Positions 62,646 through 64,000 of a stretch of 64,000 nucleotides of DNA are shown here, one piece after another. The notes under the pieces are model-generated. The model searched no databases. It saw nothing but the letters and a program-made list of their open reading frames with translations, and was not told the origin of the DNA. Location of the stretch: the NCBI GenBank assembly GCA_013239625.1, contig MU057102.1, positions 3,159,713 through 3,223,712 of the forward strand, read 5' to 3'. Numbering within the stretch: position 1 is the stretch's first letter; the number at the start of each line of letters is the position of its first letter. Source of the stretch: Lama guanicoe (taxonomy: Eukaryota). The translations under genes were made by a program, and so were the position numbers.

Positions 62646-64000
62646 GATGGGGGCTGGAGCCTGGGCAGAGTGGCCCCCTGGGCTCCCGCCCGGCCTTTAG
62701 TCCCTCTGAACGCACTGAGGACAAACGCGCTGTGTGCCTGTCGGGGCCCATGGTGTGGGGGTTGCTCCCCAGTGAGGCTGCCACCAGGTTCCAGTCCATG
62801 CTGTGGCCCATGGCCAGCAGCGACCCCTGGTGGCGGCCGGCCTGTGGCTGCGGCCCACCTGGGAGTCCATCCTGGGGAGAAGATGGGTCCTGGGGAGGTC
62901 CGGGCTGGGGCCTTCGCCTGAGGCATGCTCAGAGGTCTTCTAACCAGGCAGGCCTCGGCCTGGGTCCCTGTGTGGGGACCCCCCCCCCGTGGCTGATGAG
63001 AGGAAGTGTCCTTTGCTGGTGGTTCTTCCGTAGGTCTGGTGCTTTCTCGCCCATGTCCTTTGTCCGCTTGACGATGGTGAGGTCTGGGCCGGCAGCACCA
63101 GCACCATCAGGAATGGGCTGGGAACGCAGAACCTCAGGCTGCCCTCCTCCTGGTTCCGGGGGCCACGGTGTGAGGACATGGCTCTAGGTCTCAGTTTCAG
63201 AGACGAGTGTCCGACCAGCTCTCTGCCGGCCCGTGCCCAGGGTCCCCTGATGCCCTGTGGGCCAGGACCCTGCCCAGTTCAGAAGGACTTCTGGGGGCTG
63301 CCGTACACCCTCCGTGCCTGTCCCTGGAGTTCACCTCCAAGTGCCTCCCCAGCCCCATCCCCTGTATCACAGGGTCACTGAGCAAGGCACCAAGACAAGG
63401 GCAGTGCTCTGGCCCGTGTCCAAGGGTCCAGCAAGTGTGTGACGCGCCCCTCCGCTGGAGTGGGCCCTGGGGGACCAGAGATGCAGCCACTGGGGCCGGG
63501 GGCGTGGACTTGGAAACCCTACTCAGGCCTTATTTCTTACTTGAGTTTTTAGAGGCAGAGCATTTTTCAGGAGCTACAAAAGTCTGTCCTAGACCGAGAA
63601 GCAGCCCGTAGGTTGCCTGACGCCACCTTCTCAGACTCCCTCACAGAACTGGCCCAGGAGACTGTGGGTCTGCAGCCTGGAAACCCAGCGGGAGCTGCCG
63701 GTCAGGAGATGGTGCCCCTTCTTCCTTGGGAACGGTCTCTGGGGACAGGAGGCCCTCCCTGCTGTCAAGACAGCTCGGAACTACCAACCACAGGTGTGAT
63801 CTCGGCACGGCTACGAGACGCACCAGCGACACCTCAGTGACTGTTCGATTAATGGGGCCGAGGCCTTGCCAAGTGACACAAAGCCAGCCCTCACCGTGGC
63901 TGGTTGTTTGCTTCCTCACATTAAAACTTTGGTCTGTTTGGATTTTGATCTGTGGTCATGAGGCAGAGATACCACGCCCCAGGACCACATGGCTGCCGGG

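Noticed and set aside
63500-63960. Possible ERV LTR (ATTAAA followed by a T-rich stretch)
   Set aside because: No diagnostic match or boundaries I can support without a repeat search.
18600-64000. Hundreds of 60-340 aa ORFs on both strands (e.g. 20867-21901, 23131-24051, 36909-37790, 58965-59810)
   Set aside because: They are Pro/Gly/Ala/Arg-rich, overlap in many frames, often start at non-ATG codons, run through repeats and show no recognisable domains. This is expected from stop-codon scarcity at high GC.
60000-64000. 3' exons of TACC3, the usual upstream neighbour of FGFR3
   Set aside because: No TACC coiled-coil C-terminal sequence was found. The gene presumably lies beyond the window.

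Overview
GC-rich mammalian genomic DNA, probably camelid given a tRNA-Ala-derived SINE resembling vic-1 at about 58.9 kb. The window holds the complete FGFR3 gene on the minus strand. The TSS and CpG island lie near 18.2 kb, the ATG is at 17586, the stop is at 3412 and the poly(A) signal is at 1831-1836. Both the mutually exclusive IIIb and IIIc exons are present. About 45 kb of upstream non-coding DNA follows, with old repeats (MIR, L2, MaLR LTRs), orphan CpG islands and several motif-dense candidate enhancers. The most striking anomalies are inside the kinase domain. First, the exon 15 acceptor and the C-I-H-R codons of the catalytic HRD loop are missing (net about 11 nt). Second, a 561-bp-period near-perfect tandem duplication copies exon 12 and half of exon 13. 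Both may be assembly artefacts, since the window also has three sized N gaps. Other signals include the GA-type alternative donor of exon 10, NAGNAG acceptors, a uORF with two ATGs, a miR-99/100 8mer, RBFOX/ESRP-type elements between IIIb and IIIc, SOX-dimer, POU/homeobox and DR2 nuclear-receptor motif clusters, and a convergent CTCF pair. No second protein-coding gene is supported. The many ORFs in the track are GC-content noise.
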